A stretch of DNA of 64,000 bases from the IMG/VR virus record IMGVR_UViG_3300048924_000191, positions 124,001 to 188,000 of that record, one strand, 5' to 3'. A program made the translations under genes and the position numbers. Positions 48,804-58,172 of this stretch are shown one piece after another (the first letter of the stretch is position 1; every line of letters starts with the position of its first letter). The notes beneath the pieces are model-generated. The model saw nothing but the letters and a program-made list of their open reading frames with translations, made no database searches and was not told the origin of the DNA.

Positions 48804-49661
48804 TTACTTGCGGTACAAGTCTTTGACCAACACTTCCAACGCAGGGTCGCGGTTCTGCTCGATCGAGTAGATCACAAAGTCCTTCGTGGTTGCTGGAGTC
48901 CAGGCGTTCTTCGTAGCCACCTTGTACACTCGCTGACGGATCTTTACCGCCATCGGAACAAAGAGCACGTTATCGCCAAAGATCTGCAACGACATTCTGT
49001 CAAACGGGATGATTTCCAAATCCCGTCCTTCATGCAGCTTGGTGTTCCACATCATAGGCGGCTTTATAGCGCCTGTGTGGGACTCTAGGAGCACGAGCGA
49101 CTTGAACTTATACCGTTGCAGCAGGTCGATCGGATAATGCGTCAGAATCGCTGTATCGGCGTCTATGTTAGGGAAGTCCGTGGTGTACTTCTCAACAGGC
49201 GCCTGATCCTTCATCTCACCCAAGATGTATTTGATCACCGACATCTCCGAAGCGGCGTTCTGCTTCTGGAGGATGGTGTTCGCCGTCTTGGGGATCGACT
49301 TGGTGAACTTACGCAGGAAGTCGTCGTACGAGCAGTAGTAGAACATCGTTTGGCACACACCGTCTGACTCTTCGGTGATGATACCTTCGATAGTCCGCAT
49401 CTCTGCAATCAACGATTCCGCTACGTTGTACTCGTCGACCTTCGCTCGCTGGTCTTTATCCATCGACCCGAAGATGTTTCGGATCAGAGTGCGGATATTG
49501 ACCATCAGCAAATCCCGGCGACGAATCTCCGGGTCAGCAGTAGGAGCTTCTGGGAGCTTACCGATGAAAGACTCGATGGCCTGACTTGTAGCGATGGAGA
49601 TGGGAAAGTTCCCCATCGTCCGTTGCGACAGTGCGTCTCTGGATATAGAGTCGACTGACAT
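48804..49661 (-). CDS. Conserved core protein (phiKZ gp66-like)
   Basis: FPISIATSQA, NIRTLIRN, LLESHTG, QIFGD; synteny. Confidence 0.6.
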   Translation of the reverse strand: MSVDSISRDALSQRTMGNFPISIATSQAIESFIGKLPEAPTADPEIRRRDLLMVNIRTLIRNIFGSMDKDQRAKVDEYNVAESLIAEMRTIEGIITEESDGVCQTMFYYCSYDDFLRKFTKSIPKTANTILQKQNAASEMSVIKYILGEMKDQAPVEKYTTDFPNIDADTAILTHYPIDLLQRYKFKSLVLLESHTGAIKPPMMWNTKLHEGRDLEIIPFDRMSLQIFGDNVLFVPMAVKIRQRVYKVATKNAWTPATTKDFVIYSIEQNRDPALEVLVKDLYRK

Positions 49662-49670
49662 GGTAGCTCC

Positions 49671-50849
49671 TTAACTGTTTAGCTCTTGCTCAGCGAACTT
49701 CAGCGCCTCAGGGCTCAGATTACTCAACCTTGGTACCACCAGCCCCGACAACGTGTCAGAACGGATGGAGGTCAGGATAGGACGTTCTACGGGAGACTCG
49801 TAGGCGCCGGTAATCTTCTTAGCCTCAACGGTGTCGTGGGTGAGTTTGAAATGAGGGAAGCGGGTCTTCAAGCGGGAGAAGTTGGAATAGGTCTCATCCG
49901 AACGACTAAGCCGTAGACGATAGTTACTGCCGTCAGGACTGTCCTCCAGAGAAGACAACAGCTTCTCAACCTCAGGATACGACTTCCCGACTACGTCTAA
50001 CGTCGTGAAGATGACCGCGCGGTGGTTAACAATGAACTGCTCGTCGTGAACGCCTTTCTCTGGCGAGAAGGAGAACTGGAGGTGACCTTTGGCTTCCTCC
50101 TGCCGGTGTTTATGCCGGTCTGGCGATCCTGGGATACGAATGATCCCTAAGACCTTGTGCGTATGGTCGTGGCCGTTAACGATCAGGTGGCGGACAATGC
50201 CTTGATACCTGTCCTCATCATGACTCGAAACTGTCTCTACCGGCGCTTGGAACCGGAAGAAACCGTGCATGAATCCGAAGTCAACCTTATCCAGCGCTCT
50301 GTCTCGCATCAGGGCTTGGACTTCAAGCCAAGTACGGTTCGCGTCGTGGTTGACCTCATCCGGCACCCAAAGGACCATCGGCCCGCCGGGAAACAGTTCG
50401 TCAATCGAAAGTTCCGGGTAGTACCGCAGATCCACACCAAGGCAAGTCATCTCGTTGTACGTGACCATCCACTGCGATTGCCGCTGGTCATGACTCGGAG
50501 TGCCTTCCAGGATACGGATAGCGACGTTGTACTGTTTACAAGCTCGCAGGAGACGTTCCATCCACCGACTGATCAGATACGCTTCGGTACTGTCGTGCGG
50601 CAGACGTTGGTCAAACAGATCCCCTGTGATGATGATGAAGTCGATGAGTTTCAGACGGTCAGGGTTGAGAAACAACTCCAGGTCTTCAATCATCTTGCGG
50701 GTCGGAACCCGACCGTGTCCTAAATGGACGTCACTCAGGATAACAACGTGAAACGTGCCGGGGGCAGGAGTAGGATTGATGTAATCTACCCACTCCACCT
50801 GCCGGACTGGATTAGTATTCGAAAGCGCCTGGTTCATCGTCATCGTCAT
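49671..50849 (-). CDS. SbcD/Mre11-like metallophosphoesterase nuclease (start uncertain)
   Basis: SDVHLGH, GDLFD, GTPSHD, MHG, NGHDH, PGS. Confidence 0.88.
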   Translation of the reverse strand: MTMTMNQALSNTNPVRQVEWVDYINPTPAPGTFHVVILSDVHLGHGRVPTRKMIEDLELFLNPDRLKLIDFIIITGDLFDQRLPHDSTEAYLISRWMERLLRACKQYNVAIRILEGTPSHDQRQSQWMVTYNEMTCLGVDLRYYPELSIDELFPGGPMVLWVPDEVNHDANRTWLEVQALMRDRALDKVDFGFMHGFFRFQAPVETVSSHDEDRYQGIVRHLIVNGHDHTHKVLGIIRIPGSPDRHKHRQEEAKGHLQFSFSPEKGVHDEQFIVNHRAVIFTTLDVVGKSYPEVEKLLSSLEDSPDGSNYRLRLSRSDETYSNFSRLKTRFPHFKLTHDTVEAKKITGAYESPVERPILTSIRSDTLSGLVVPRLSNLSPEALKFAEQELNS

Positions 50850-51507
50850 TGCCGTTATCGGTAGTGGACTGTTTTACCACCCCCGATTCTGCTTCGAGCA
50901 ACGGGGCCAGCTGGGCAGCGCCTTCTTCCCCGAGGATTTCTACCAAGGGGAGTTTGTAGTAGTGGTACATCCTGACCAATTGGGTCAGGGCATGGGCCAT
51001 GCTGTGTTCAGCTGGTTTTGCCATGTTGTCCTGGACGAGGCTTTCCTCGATACCCCAGAATTCCCGTAGGTTGGTGTTGTCCGCATACACGCCTTGCAGG
51101 TTGATGGCGTGAAGCATCGACTTCTTACGGGCGGCCTTGTGGTCGGTGGTGTTCAACTGGATATCGACGAACGCTGGAGGTACGACGAACAGGATGTTGT
51201 CGTTAGCATCCACAACGTTGATCGGGTTGTGCAGGCCGTCGGCTACGTTGAGCCAATGACCAATTTCTGGAGCAGGATCGGCTTTAGTGACCCATGCTCG
51301 CACAACATGTAGCAAATGTTTAGCAAAGTACGGTTCAGGTACACGGCGGATACGCGCTGCCGTCATGCGGTTGATTTCGTCCGCAGCGCTGTCAAGGGAA
51401 GACAGGCTTTCCTGAAGATACCGCTGGTAGGCGGTAGGAGCCATCGGCTTTACGTTCTTTGGCGGAACGAAAGGGTTCTCGCCCATTGCCACATCTTTGC
51501 GAATCAT
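50812..51507 (-). CDS. Conserved hypothetical protein
   Basis: VPEPYF..WLNVA..LFVVPP. Confidence 0.6.
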   Translation of the reverse strand: MIRKDVAMGENPFVPPKNVKPMAPTAYQRYLQESLSSLDSAADEINRMTAARIRRVPEPYFAKHLLHVVRAWVTKADPAPEIGHWLNVADGLHNPINVVDANDNILFVVPPAFVDIQLNTTDHKAARKKSMLHAINLQGVYADNTNLREFWGIEESLVQDNMAKPAEHSMAHALTQLVRMYHYYKLPLVEILGEEGAAQLAPLLEAESGVVKQSTTDNGNDDDDEPGAFEY

Positions 51508-51553
51508 AAAAGAAAACCTCCAGTATACGACGGCCTTGCGGCCGTCGTATACG
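51508..51553 (-). terminator. Hairpin terminator
   Basis: GTATACGACGGCC-ttgc-GGCCGTCGTATAC then T-rich ..TTTTATG on minus strand. Confidence 0.7.
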
Positions 51554-51559
51554 CAGCAC

Positions 51560-52042
51560 TTAGCCTTGGGTGACGTTCTGCCCGATCATCGAGTCCTGGA
51601 ACTTGTGGACTTCGGCGGTGGTGGTGATGAACCACACGTCGCCATCGTGGGTGACCTGAGACAGAACCAGTTTCTTGGCGCCGGCGATCACGTAGTCCGG
51701 ACGCTCCAGCGGTTTCCAGCCGTCGGTGCCGTCACGCTCTTCCAGGACCACGTCGAAGCCTTCAGCGGCGGCCACGACGGTCGCACGGGCAGCGCCCGGG
51801 TATTCGACGCGAACCAGTTGTGGGTGAGCTTCCATACGCTGGTTGATGATGTTGACTTGTTGCAGGGCGCCGGCCTGAGCGCTGGCAACCGACATGGCCA
51901 GCTGCTGGATGTTTTCCGGGAACGACAGGATGCGGCCGACGGCTTCAGCCACGATCAAGTGCAGTTCCTCGTGGGTAGTCGGGAACGGACGCTCGATTTG
52001 AGCTTGGGCTTGTTCGGCTTGTTGCGGAGCTGCTGCGGACAT
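51560..52042 (-). CDS. Hypothetical protein
   Basis: AAGGT SD; strong codon bias. Confidence 0.65.
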   Translation of the reverse strand: MSAAAPQQAEQAQAQIERPFPTTHEELHLIVAEAVGRILSFPENIQQLAMSVASAQAGALQQVNIINQRMEAHPQLVRVEYPGAARATVVAAAEGFDVVLEERDGTDGWKPLERPDYVIAGAKKLVLSQVTHDGDVWFITTTAEVHKFQDSMIGQNVTQG

Positions 52043-52056
52043 GATGTCTACCTTGC

Positions 52057-52482
52057 TTAGTTGCTAATAAGGGTGGTGCCGTTGGAGAGATTGATCAGAC
52101 GCTTGAGTTTCGAGTCCTTCGTGAGGAGTGAATAACCCACGCTGGTGGACGAAGCGTTAATGTCGTCTCCTGTGCTTACCATTGCATTGATCTGTAACTT
52201 AATACCAGGATCGGCACTGTCGCTTTCTTCACGAACGACAACAGTTGCACTGGCGAATGTGCGCCGCAAGAATGTACCGAGTTGGTTTTCGATCTCTACA
52301 CGCAAACCAGTAGCATCCGTGGCGTTCATCTGGATGATCTTGGTGAGTGAAGTAACCCGTCCACGGTAGAGTGTGGATTGACTGTACTTCGAATAAAAGA
52401 AACAGCACATCAAATAGTCGATGGCCTTATCGACATCCCGGGTGACGCCTTGGATGCCCAATGTGACGACACTGACGCCCAT
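52057..52482 (-). CDS. Conserved core protein (phiKZ gp62-like)
   Basis: VVTLG..KAIDYLM..FFYSKYSQS; GGAG SD at ATG 52482. Confidence 0.55.
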   Translation of the reverse strand: MGVSVVTLGIQGVTRDVDKAIDYLMCCFFYSKYSQSTLYRGRVTSLTKIIQMNATDATGLRVEIENQLGTFLRRTFASATVVVREESDSADPGIKLQINAMVSTGDDINASSTSVGYSLLTKDSKLKRLINLSNGTTLISN

Positions 52483-52518
52483 GTGAATTCTCCAGATAGC
52501 TAACATCCTATTGGAAAC

Positions 52519-52569
52519 AAAAAAAAGAAAGTCGTGTAGCGACCCCGTAGGGTCGCACACTATGCCGTC
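52519..52569. terminator. Hairpin with A-run and TATGCCGT flanks
   Basis: GTGT(A)GCGACCC-cgta-GGGTCGCACAC-TATGCCGTC. Confidence 0.8.
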
Positions 52570-53134
52570 AGGCAGGGGTCTTTGGAAACGTGAAGCTGAT
52601 CTGGTTGCGACCGGTCCAGAGCACCATGGTTTCTTCCTTGGTGAGTGGGTCGATCATCTTGGTCAGGTCCGAGTCGTGTTCGTTCATGTTTTCAAGAACG
52701 GCTTTAACGACTGGATCGCTGTTGAGTTGTGGGCCGGCGTAGGTATCGAAATACTCGCCGATCATGGTCTTGCCTTCACCGACCTTTCTCGAGAAGTCTT
52801 CGCTCCAGGGTAGGCGACCCCAATTGATCAGGTAGTTCACCAGATCGCCGTCGGTCCAGGCGTGAACCATGGTATTCGACTTGGTCACGTCGCTGTCGGT
52901 CAGCTCGCCGCGTTTACAGGTTAGGCTGTAATCGAGTTCGACAACGCGACTACGAAGCCCAATCTTCAAGATCCCGTCCTTGGTCAAAACATAGAACCAA
53001 GGATTAGAAGACTCGCGATGGTATTCGTTGGGGATTTCGTGAATGCTGATCGGTTCGATGCGGGCCAGTAGCAATACAGCTTCCAGTTGTTTGCGATTCA
53101 ATGTCATTCTCCTAACGTCTATGCCACAGGTCAA
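52568..53134 (-). CDS. Hypothetical accessory protein (start uncertain)
   Basis: ORF in a 2-gene cassette between hairpins. Confidence 0.55.
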   Translation of the reverse strand: MTCGIDVRRMTLNRKQLEAVLLLARIEPISIHEIPNEYHRESSNPWFYVLTKDGILKIGLRSRVVELDYSLTCKRGELTDSDVTKSNTMVHAWTDGDLVNYLINWGRLPWSEDFSRKVGEGKTMIGEYFDTYAGPQLNSDPVVKAVLENMNEHDSDLTKMIDPLTKEETMVLWTGRNQISFTFPKTPA

Positions 53135-53630
53135 GGGCCAAACTGTGTTCGACTCGATTGACGCGGTTACCGTCCTTGTCCAGAATCACGTAGCCGTGAT
53201 TGTGGATGGTATCGAAGATGGTTTCGGCCGCCGTACCGTACCCTTCAGTCCAGGCGCGATCTTCCGTCGTATGCTTACGCTCCGTATCGCGCTCTCGAGC
53301 ACTTTGGAGAAGCTTGACGAATTCGGTTTGCGGGTTTTCAGGTTGGTGTGCGCTCACTATTCCATCGGACGGACTGTTAACGGCAGCTTCTGGAAAGAAC
53401 AATTTCCAGCAATCGGTGTCGATATCTGCGCCTTCCCCGACCAGATTCAACCGCACTGCGTCGCAGGAGGTCTCTTCCCACTCAGGTTCGCTGAGCATTC
53501 CTTTCTGCCGACAGTGCTCGAGAGCATTCTCCACGACAGCGGCGACGCGTTTACCATCAACGGGATCGCCAGAGTAACTGACTGTAACGGCCAGATGAAT
53601 CTGTTGTTGTTTGCTCATTCTTACCTCCAA
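53112..53630 (-). CDS. Hypothetical accessory protein (start uncertain)
   Basis: GGAGG SD before MSKQ. Confidence 0.55.
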   Translation of the reverse strand: MEVRMSKQQQIHLAVTVSYSGDPVDGKRVAAVVENALEHCRQKGMLSEPEWEETSCDAVRLNLVGEGADIDTDCWKLFFPEAAVNSPSDGIVSAHQPENPQTEFVKLLQSARERDTERKHTTEDRAWTEGYGTAAETIFDTIHNHGYVILDKDGNRVNRVEHSLALDLWHRR

Positions 53631-53644
53631 TGGATTGTTAACGA

Positions 53645-53680
53645 CATAAAGCCCGGCGCGAGGCCGGGCCCTATGCTGTC
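53645..53680. terminator. Hairpin flanked by CATA/TATG
   Basis: CATAAAGCCCGGC-gcgag-GCCGGGC-CCTATGC. Confidence 0.7.
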
Positions 53681-53683
53681 GGT

Positions 53684-54310
53684 TTACAGGGTCTTGCGTT
53701 TCACGCTGGTCGGGTCTTGCGTACCGCGGTTGAGGATCTCTTCCATGGTGCGCATGTTTACCCGCAGATCCTGACGTCGCGCGCCAGTCAGCGGTTGTTC
53801 ACCCTCGTCGTCTTCCACGCCGAGATAAGTAACGAAGGTATCCTCGTCCTCATTCTCCTCGACGTAGGAACCGTTCATCATTTCCCGGTACGGCGTGTGG
53901 TTCCGGCCAATGGCGCCTGGTTCCTCGTCGTGGTACAGATCGCCATAGCCATCACTGCGACCAGCCTGCCAGAGCGCCCGCAGTCGCGGAATTGCCATGA
54001 TGTACCGGCGATTCGACGGCTTGGCGTTCTGGAAGTCCGAGATTGACGGAAGACGGCAAACCCGGTCTTCGTCCCAACGTTTGGTGAAACGGTCGCGCAT
54101 CGCCTCCACGCGATCCCGCAGCCTGTCCAGGTTGAAGCTCGCCAGATTGTCGTAGGCCGAACGCAGATATTCGCTAGCGCCCGCACCTGCGGAGCGTATC
54201 GCTGTATCCATCCGGTCTCGAAAGAATCGCAGATCCTCCCGTGACATCATCCCATGGGAGCTCGTCCGGATCAGATCTGCGTCATCATCCAAACAAAACA
54301 CAATTGCCAT
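53684..54310 (-). CDS. Conserved core protein (phiKZ gp59-like)
   Basis: TGATG-coupled to nvRNAP gene; RYIMAIP..DGY..YREMMNG..DPTS. Confidence 0.6.
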   Translation of the reverse strand: MAIVFCLDDDADLIRTSSHGMMSREDLRFFRDRMDTAIRSAGAGASEYLRSAYDNLASFNLDRLRDRVEAMRDRFTKRWDEDRVCRLPSISDFQNAKPSNRRYIMAIPRLRALWQAGRSDGYGDLYHDEEPGAIGRNHTPYREMMNGSYVEENEDEDTFVTYLGVEDDEGEQPLTGARRQDLRVNMRTMEEILNRGTQDPTSVKRKTL

Positions 54311-55833
54311 CAGTCCTCCATAGCTACTGAAAGGGCGTCCCCTTCCTCATAGCGTGCGTTCACGGTTGACAGTACCGTTGCTGGGATTGCCGCGTGATTG
54401 CTTACACGGAACGGGTGCTTCAGGTCCATCAGACCGGTGTGGGATTCCATGCGCAGGTACTTCTGGGTTGTCCAGTTGTCCAACGTCAGTTGTCCAGTCA
54501 TGTAGTCGCCGTCGAAGTCGGCGTTGAATGCCACGGTGGTCAGCAGCGGCAGCGAGGTGCTGAGCTGCGTTGGGTCGCGCTTGATCTCATCGATCCAGTA
54601 CAACTGCGTCGAGCCGTGCATGAGCGATGGGAACCGAGTAAACTTCGTCGGTATCCCACGGCCGCCAGGGCTTTCAGCGATCATCCGGTCGAACAGCTCT
54701 TCGAGCTTGTAGTGCGTTCGCAGGACGTTGTCGTAGATCAGGGACGCGATTTCGTTCGGCGTGTAATCCTCAGCCAACAAGTAGGACGACAAATGCGTCT
54801 TCATCGTCAGCACAGCCGTTCCCCACGGCCACGACAGAGAGTTGTACTTGTGCGGCTTGAACTGCGGGGTGATCACAGTCCGCCATACCCAGTGAGGGCT
54901 CGTACCGAATACCAGCTTCCGGTAGACACCTTTCTTGTCGAAGATCTTCGACCCTTCGTACCCTGAGTAGTACTCGATCAACTTCATCATCGATCGGGCA
55001 ATACGACTTTCCACCACTTTCGCGCCGCTGGTGGTGTTACCGGCGTTGGCGATGGAAATAAGGGCACTAAGTGCTGGGGCCATCTTTGGATCGACGAAGG
55101 TCTGCTCGTTCACGTTCTCGACGATGAAGCCGATCTTGGACGGGAACGGGAGATGCTTACACCACACGATATCCCGGTGGATCTTGAGGAATCGCTGCGT
55201 GGTGGTCGCTTTAGCGGCCTTCAGGAAATGCCTGCTTTTACACAGACCTTCCATGATGTCGTCGAAGTTGTCGTGGAAGTACGTCAGACCTCGACGTTCG
55301 ATCAGTCTGTTGACGATCAGTTCTTCCTGACTATCCGACTTGGGCGGCGTGTACTTCGGATCAAGCAGGTAATCGATCACGCTGAACCCGCTTTTGGTAA
55401 AGCGAGCTTTGAGCAGCCGATAGATCTGCAAGTTCATGAAGCCCGGAATCTGCTCAGGCGCGGATACCCAGATGATGGGCTCGATTGTCTGCTCAGTCAG
55501 CGGCACCACTGGGTAGCCACATTCCTCACAGTTCTCTCCGATGAACGGAGTTCCTTTGGTGTGTCGACAAGGACACGCCGGGATATTCGAGAACACATCT
55601 CCATCGTACCGGCTATACACCAACCGGTTGAACTTCTCCCGTCCAGGCTCAGTGCTCAAATCGAGCTCGTTTGCCAGAATGGGCCGAATCTCCAGCCGGC
55701 GGAAGACGTCATCAAAGTCAACCACCGTCGGGTAGATCCCCTTACGACCCGGATACCGCTGTCTGGGTGCGTGTATATCTTCGAGGATCTGGTCCGTGAA
55801 GTCTTCGTAAACCGCGGTAGAGAGTTGCGCCAT
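54310..55833 (-). CDS. Non-virion RNA polymerase beta' N-terminal catalytic subunit (phiKZ gp55/56.1-like), uninterrupted
   Basis: AFNADFDGD active-site motif; N-terminal CPC..CEEC Zn ribbon; KKGVYRKLVFG, RTVITP, RFPSL. Confidence 0.93.
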   Translation of the reverse strand: MAQLSTAVYEDFTDQILEDIHAPRQRYPGRKGIYPTVVDFDDVFRRLEIRPILANELDLSTEPGREKFNRLVYSRYDGDVFSNIPACPCRHTKGTPFIGENCEECGYPVVPLTEQTIEPIIWVSAPEQIPGFMNLQIYRLLKARFTKSGFSVIDYLLDPKYTPPKSDSQEELIVNRLIERRGLTYFHDNFDDIMEGLCKSRHFLKAAKATTTQRFLKIHRDIVWCKHLPFPSKIGFIVENVNEQTFVDPKMAPALSALISIANAGNTTSGAKVVESRIARSMMKLIEYYSGYEGSKIFDKKGVYRKLVFGTSPHWVWRTVITPQFKPHKYNSLSWPWGTAVLTMKTHLSSYLLAEDYTPNEIASLIYDNVLRTHYKLEELFDRMIAESPGGRGIPTKFTRFPSLMHGSTQLYWIDEIKRDPTQLSTSLPLLTTVAFNADFDGDYMTGQLTLDNWTTQKYLRMESHTGLMDLKHPFRVSNHAAIPATVLSTVNARYEEGDALSVAMED

Positions 55834-55850
55834 AATACCTCCGCAAAGAC

Positions 55851-55891
55851 AATAAAGAAAAAATCAAGAGGGGTGGAAACCCACCCCTCGA
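55851..55891 (-). terminator. Terminator after chimallin
   Basis: GAGGGGTGG-aaac-CCACCCCTC with TTTTTCTTT tail on minus strand. Confidence 0.8.
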
Positions 55892-55914
55892 GATCTCACT
55901 TGCCTGCGAAGCGA

Positions 55915-57966
55915 TTAACGACGATCCCAGTCATCGCTGAAGAAGCGACCACCACGACCTTCGCGATCACGATCGCGGTCACGACCACGACGACGGCTCA
56001 CGCCGCCTTCGGAGATTGCCTGCGACGAGAACAGACGGTTACCCACCGAACGACGACCCGACAGGGTGTCGCCACCGGCGATGTACGGGCTCATGCGGGA
56101 CTTGTCCAGGGCGGACGCGAGAGCCGGCAGCAGGTTCTTCTGGAAGACCAGCTGTTCGGCAGTCTGTACGACATGGATGTCCGGCACGAACTTGCGCAGG
56201 ATGTGGTAACGCTCGGACAGGTTGTAGTCGACGGTGTGGCGGCTGTCTTCGAAGGTGAACTGGTAGTCGCGAACGAGCTCCAGATCTTTCGAACCAGCAC
56301 GGGTCAGCACAGCCGGTACGTTCCACTCGCTCAGCGGACGCAGAGTCGAGGTGTCCGGGTCGGTCCAGGTACCGATCAGAACGCGAGTACCCGCGGATTC
56401 AACAGGCAGAGGCATGCTGCCGCCGTTCATTTCGCGGTATTCTTCGCGGAAGCGGTCGTCGGTCAAAACGTCCCAGGCATCGTACAGCTTGGTGCACAGG
56501 GCGTCGACTTTCGACTTGCTTTCCTCGGTGGCGATCTTCTCGAAGATCGACAGGATTGCGGCGTTCTGGCCGGAACTGGCGGTGACCATACCGAACGACA
56601 CGTCGCGCTTGAAGAACGCGTCGATGAAGTCGGCGAAGTCGTCGTCGTTCATGTTGCTGGTGACCAGGTCCATTGCGTCGCGACGCTGATCATCTTCCAG
56701 ATCCGCCAGCAGGGCGATATCCTTCAGATCGAACACCGGCTTGACTTTGCCACCGACGGTCTTGCGAGGACGCGCCATGTTGGTCCAGCGGTAGTCGTTC
56801 GACAGCAGAGCCACGGAGCCCAGCGCCAGACCTACCAGACCCAGGCTGTTCGGGTAACCGTCGACCGGGGCGATGGAGTTGATGTTGATAACGCCCTGCA
56901 TGAAGGCGGTTTCGTCATCTTCGTCGCGGCGGCGGGTACGCTTACGGCTCAGGCGGTTGCGGTCACGATCGTTGTCGTCGTCCTGGATGAACATATCCAG
57001 AGAGCAACGGGCTTCGACCATCGGAGTACGCTCGTACAGATCGTCCTCGTCATCGTCGGTCCGTTCCGAGTAGTGCGAAGTTACCAACGCATCGGTACGG
57101 ATCGGCAGGCCGGAGGTGTCGTGGCCGAACGGCTGGTTGTAATCGATGGTGGCTTCCAGACGGTCGCCGCTGTCGATCAGTTCCGGACGCAGAGCGAACT
57201 CGCTGATTGCGTCTGGATTGCTGGCGTCCAGGATTTCCTGACGGTAACCGCACAGGGCATCGATGGCATTGTCGAAGATCTGAGCAACCACGCGGTTGTT
57301 TTCTTTCTCGGAGACTTCCGAGATCAGATCCGCCAGGATCACCTGCGAGTTGACCAGCACGACACGTTTGCAACCCAGGCCGGCCGCTTCTTCACGAATG
57401 CCTTTGGTGTAGGCGTCGTTCATGCGGTCTTCCGGCAGCACCAGCGCCTCGTAGTTGTCGCCACGAGATACCGCGTTGCGGGTGGTCTGGGAACCCGGCT
57501 GCTCGATGCAGAGGGTGTAGACCAGAGTTACGCCGCCCGGGATCAGTTTCGGCAGAGGCAGGCAGACCAGCAGGGACGGCAGAGCACGCGAGCCTTTACG
57601 GCCGGTATACGGCAGAACCTGGAAGCGCGACTGCTGGATGTCCGGGTGGATGTTTGGATTGTCGAAGGTCTTGGCAGCCTTGAAGGTATCCATCAGGATA
57701 GCCAGGGCAGCGTCAGAAACACCCGACATTTGCGGGCGGTTCATGGCACGACCGAGGGACGCCATGTTGAAGCCACGGCCTTCGTCTTCTTCTTCACCAC
57801 GACGCCCGCGCTTACCGCCACGGTCGCTGCGGTCACGGTCGCGGCCACCACGATCTTCATCACGGTCGCGGTCACGGTTTTCGGTGCGGTTCTCGCGGCC
57901 TTGATCGCCGGTCGACTTGTCGCCGCCGGTTGGTTCGTCGTCGAGTACCAGATCGTCATTGCTCAT
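55915..57966 (-). CDS. chmA: Chimallin (ChmA/PhuN), phage nuclear shell protein (phiKZ gp54-like)
   Basis: 683 aa, directly upstream of nvRNAP beta' N; strongly biased codons; AGGAG SD; SGLPIRTD, LKDIALL, LIGTWTD..LRPL motifs. Confidence 0.85.
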   Translation of the reverse strand: MSNDDLVLDDEPTGGDKSTGDQGRENRTENRDRDRDEDRGGRDRDRSDRGGKRGRRGEEEDEGRGFNMASLGRAMNRPQMSGVSDAALAILMDTFKAAKTFDNPNIHPDIQQSRFQVLPYTGRKGSRALPSLLVCLPLPKLIPGGVTLVYTLCIEQPGSQTTRNAVSRGDNYEALVLPEDRMNDAYTKGIREEAAGLGCKRVVLVNSQVILADLISEVSEKENNRVVAQIFDNAIDALCGYRQEILDASNPDAISEFALRPELIDSGDRLEATIDYNQPFGHDTSGLPIRTDALVTSHYSERTDDDEDDLYERTPMVEARCSLDMFIQDDDNDRDRNRLSRKRTRRRDEDDETAFMQGVININSIAPVDGYPNSLGLVGLALGSVALLSNDYRWTNMARPRKTVGGKVKPVFDLKDIALLADLEDDQRRDAMDLVTSNMNDDDFADFIDAFFKRDVSFGMVTASSGQNAAILSIFEKIATEESKSKVDALCTKLYDAWDVLTDDRFREEYREMNGGSMPLPVESAGTRVLIGTWTDPDTSTLRPLSEWNVPAVLTRAGSKDLELVRDYQFTFEDSRHTVDYNLSERYHILRKFVPDIHVVQTAEQLVFQKNLLPALASALDKSRMSPYIAGGDTLSGRRSVGNRLFSSQAISEGGVSRRRGRDRDRDREGRGGRFFSDDWDRR

Positions 57967-58172
57967 GTGTTGCTCCTAAAGGACAATTGTCTTGCGATAA
58001 TGGATTGCACAACTTCTCCTAATCGCGTCAGAGATTCCCGATCACGACTCACCGTCGTGAGCCCATCGGGCCTAGATTTCCCGGTGTGCAGCCGGGTATA
58101 ATGCGATTCGGTTCAAACCTTATATTGCCAAAGTAAAGTCTTACATCGAATCTCCCCTTCTGAATCAGTACA

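Noticed and set aside
55153-58101. 982-aa plus-strand ORF opposite chimallin (also 9529-10995, 16034-17386, 29792-31378, 32883-34532, 60167-61588)
   Set aside because: Same shadow-ORF effect opposite strongly codon-biased real genes
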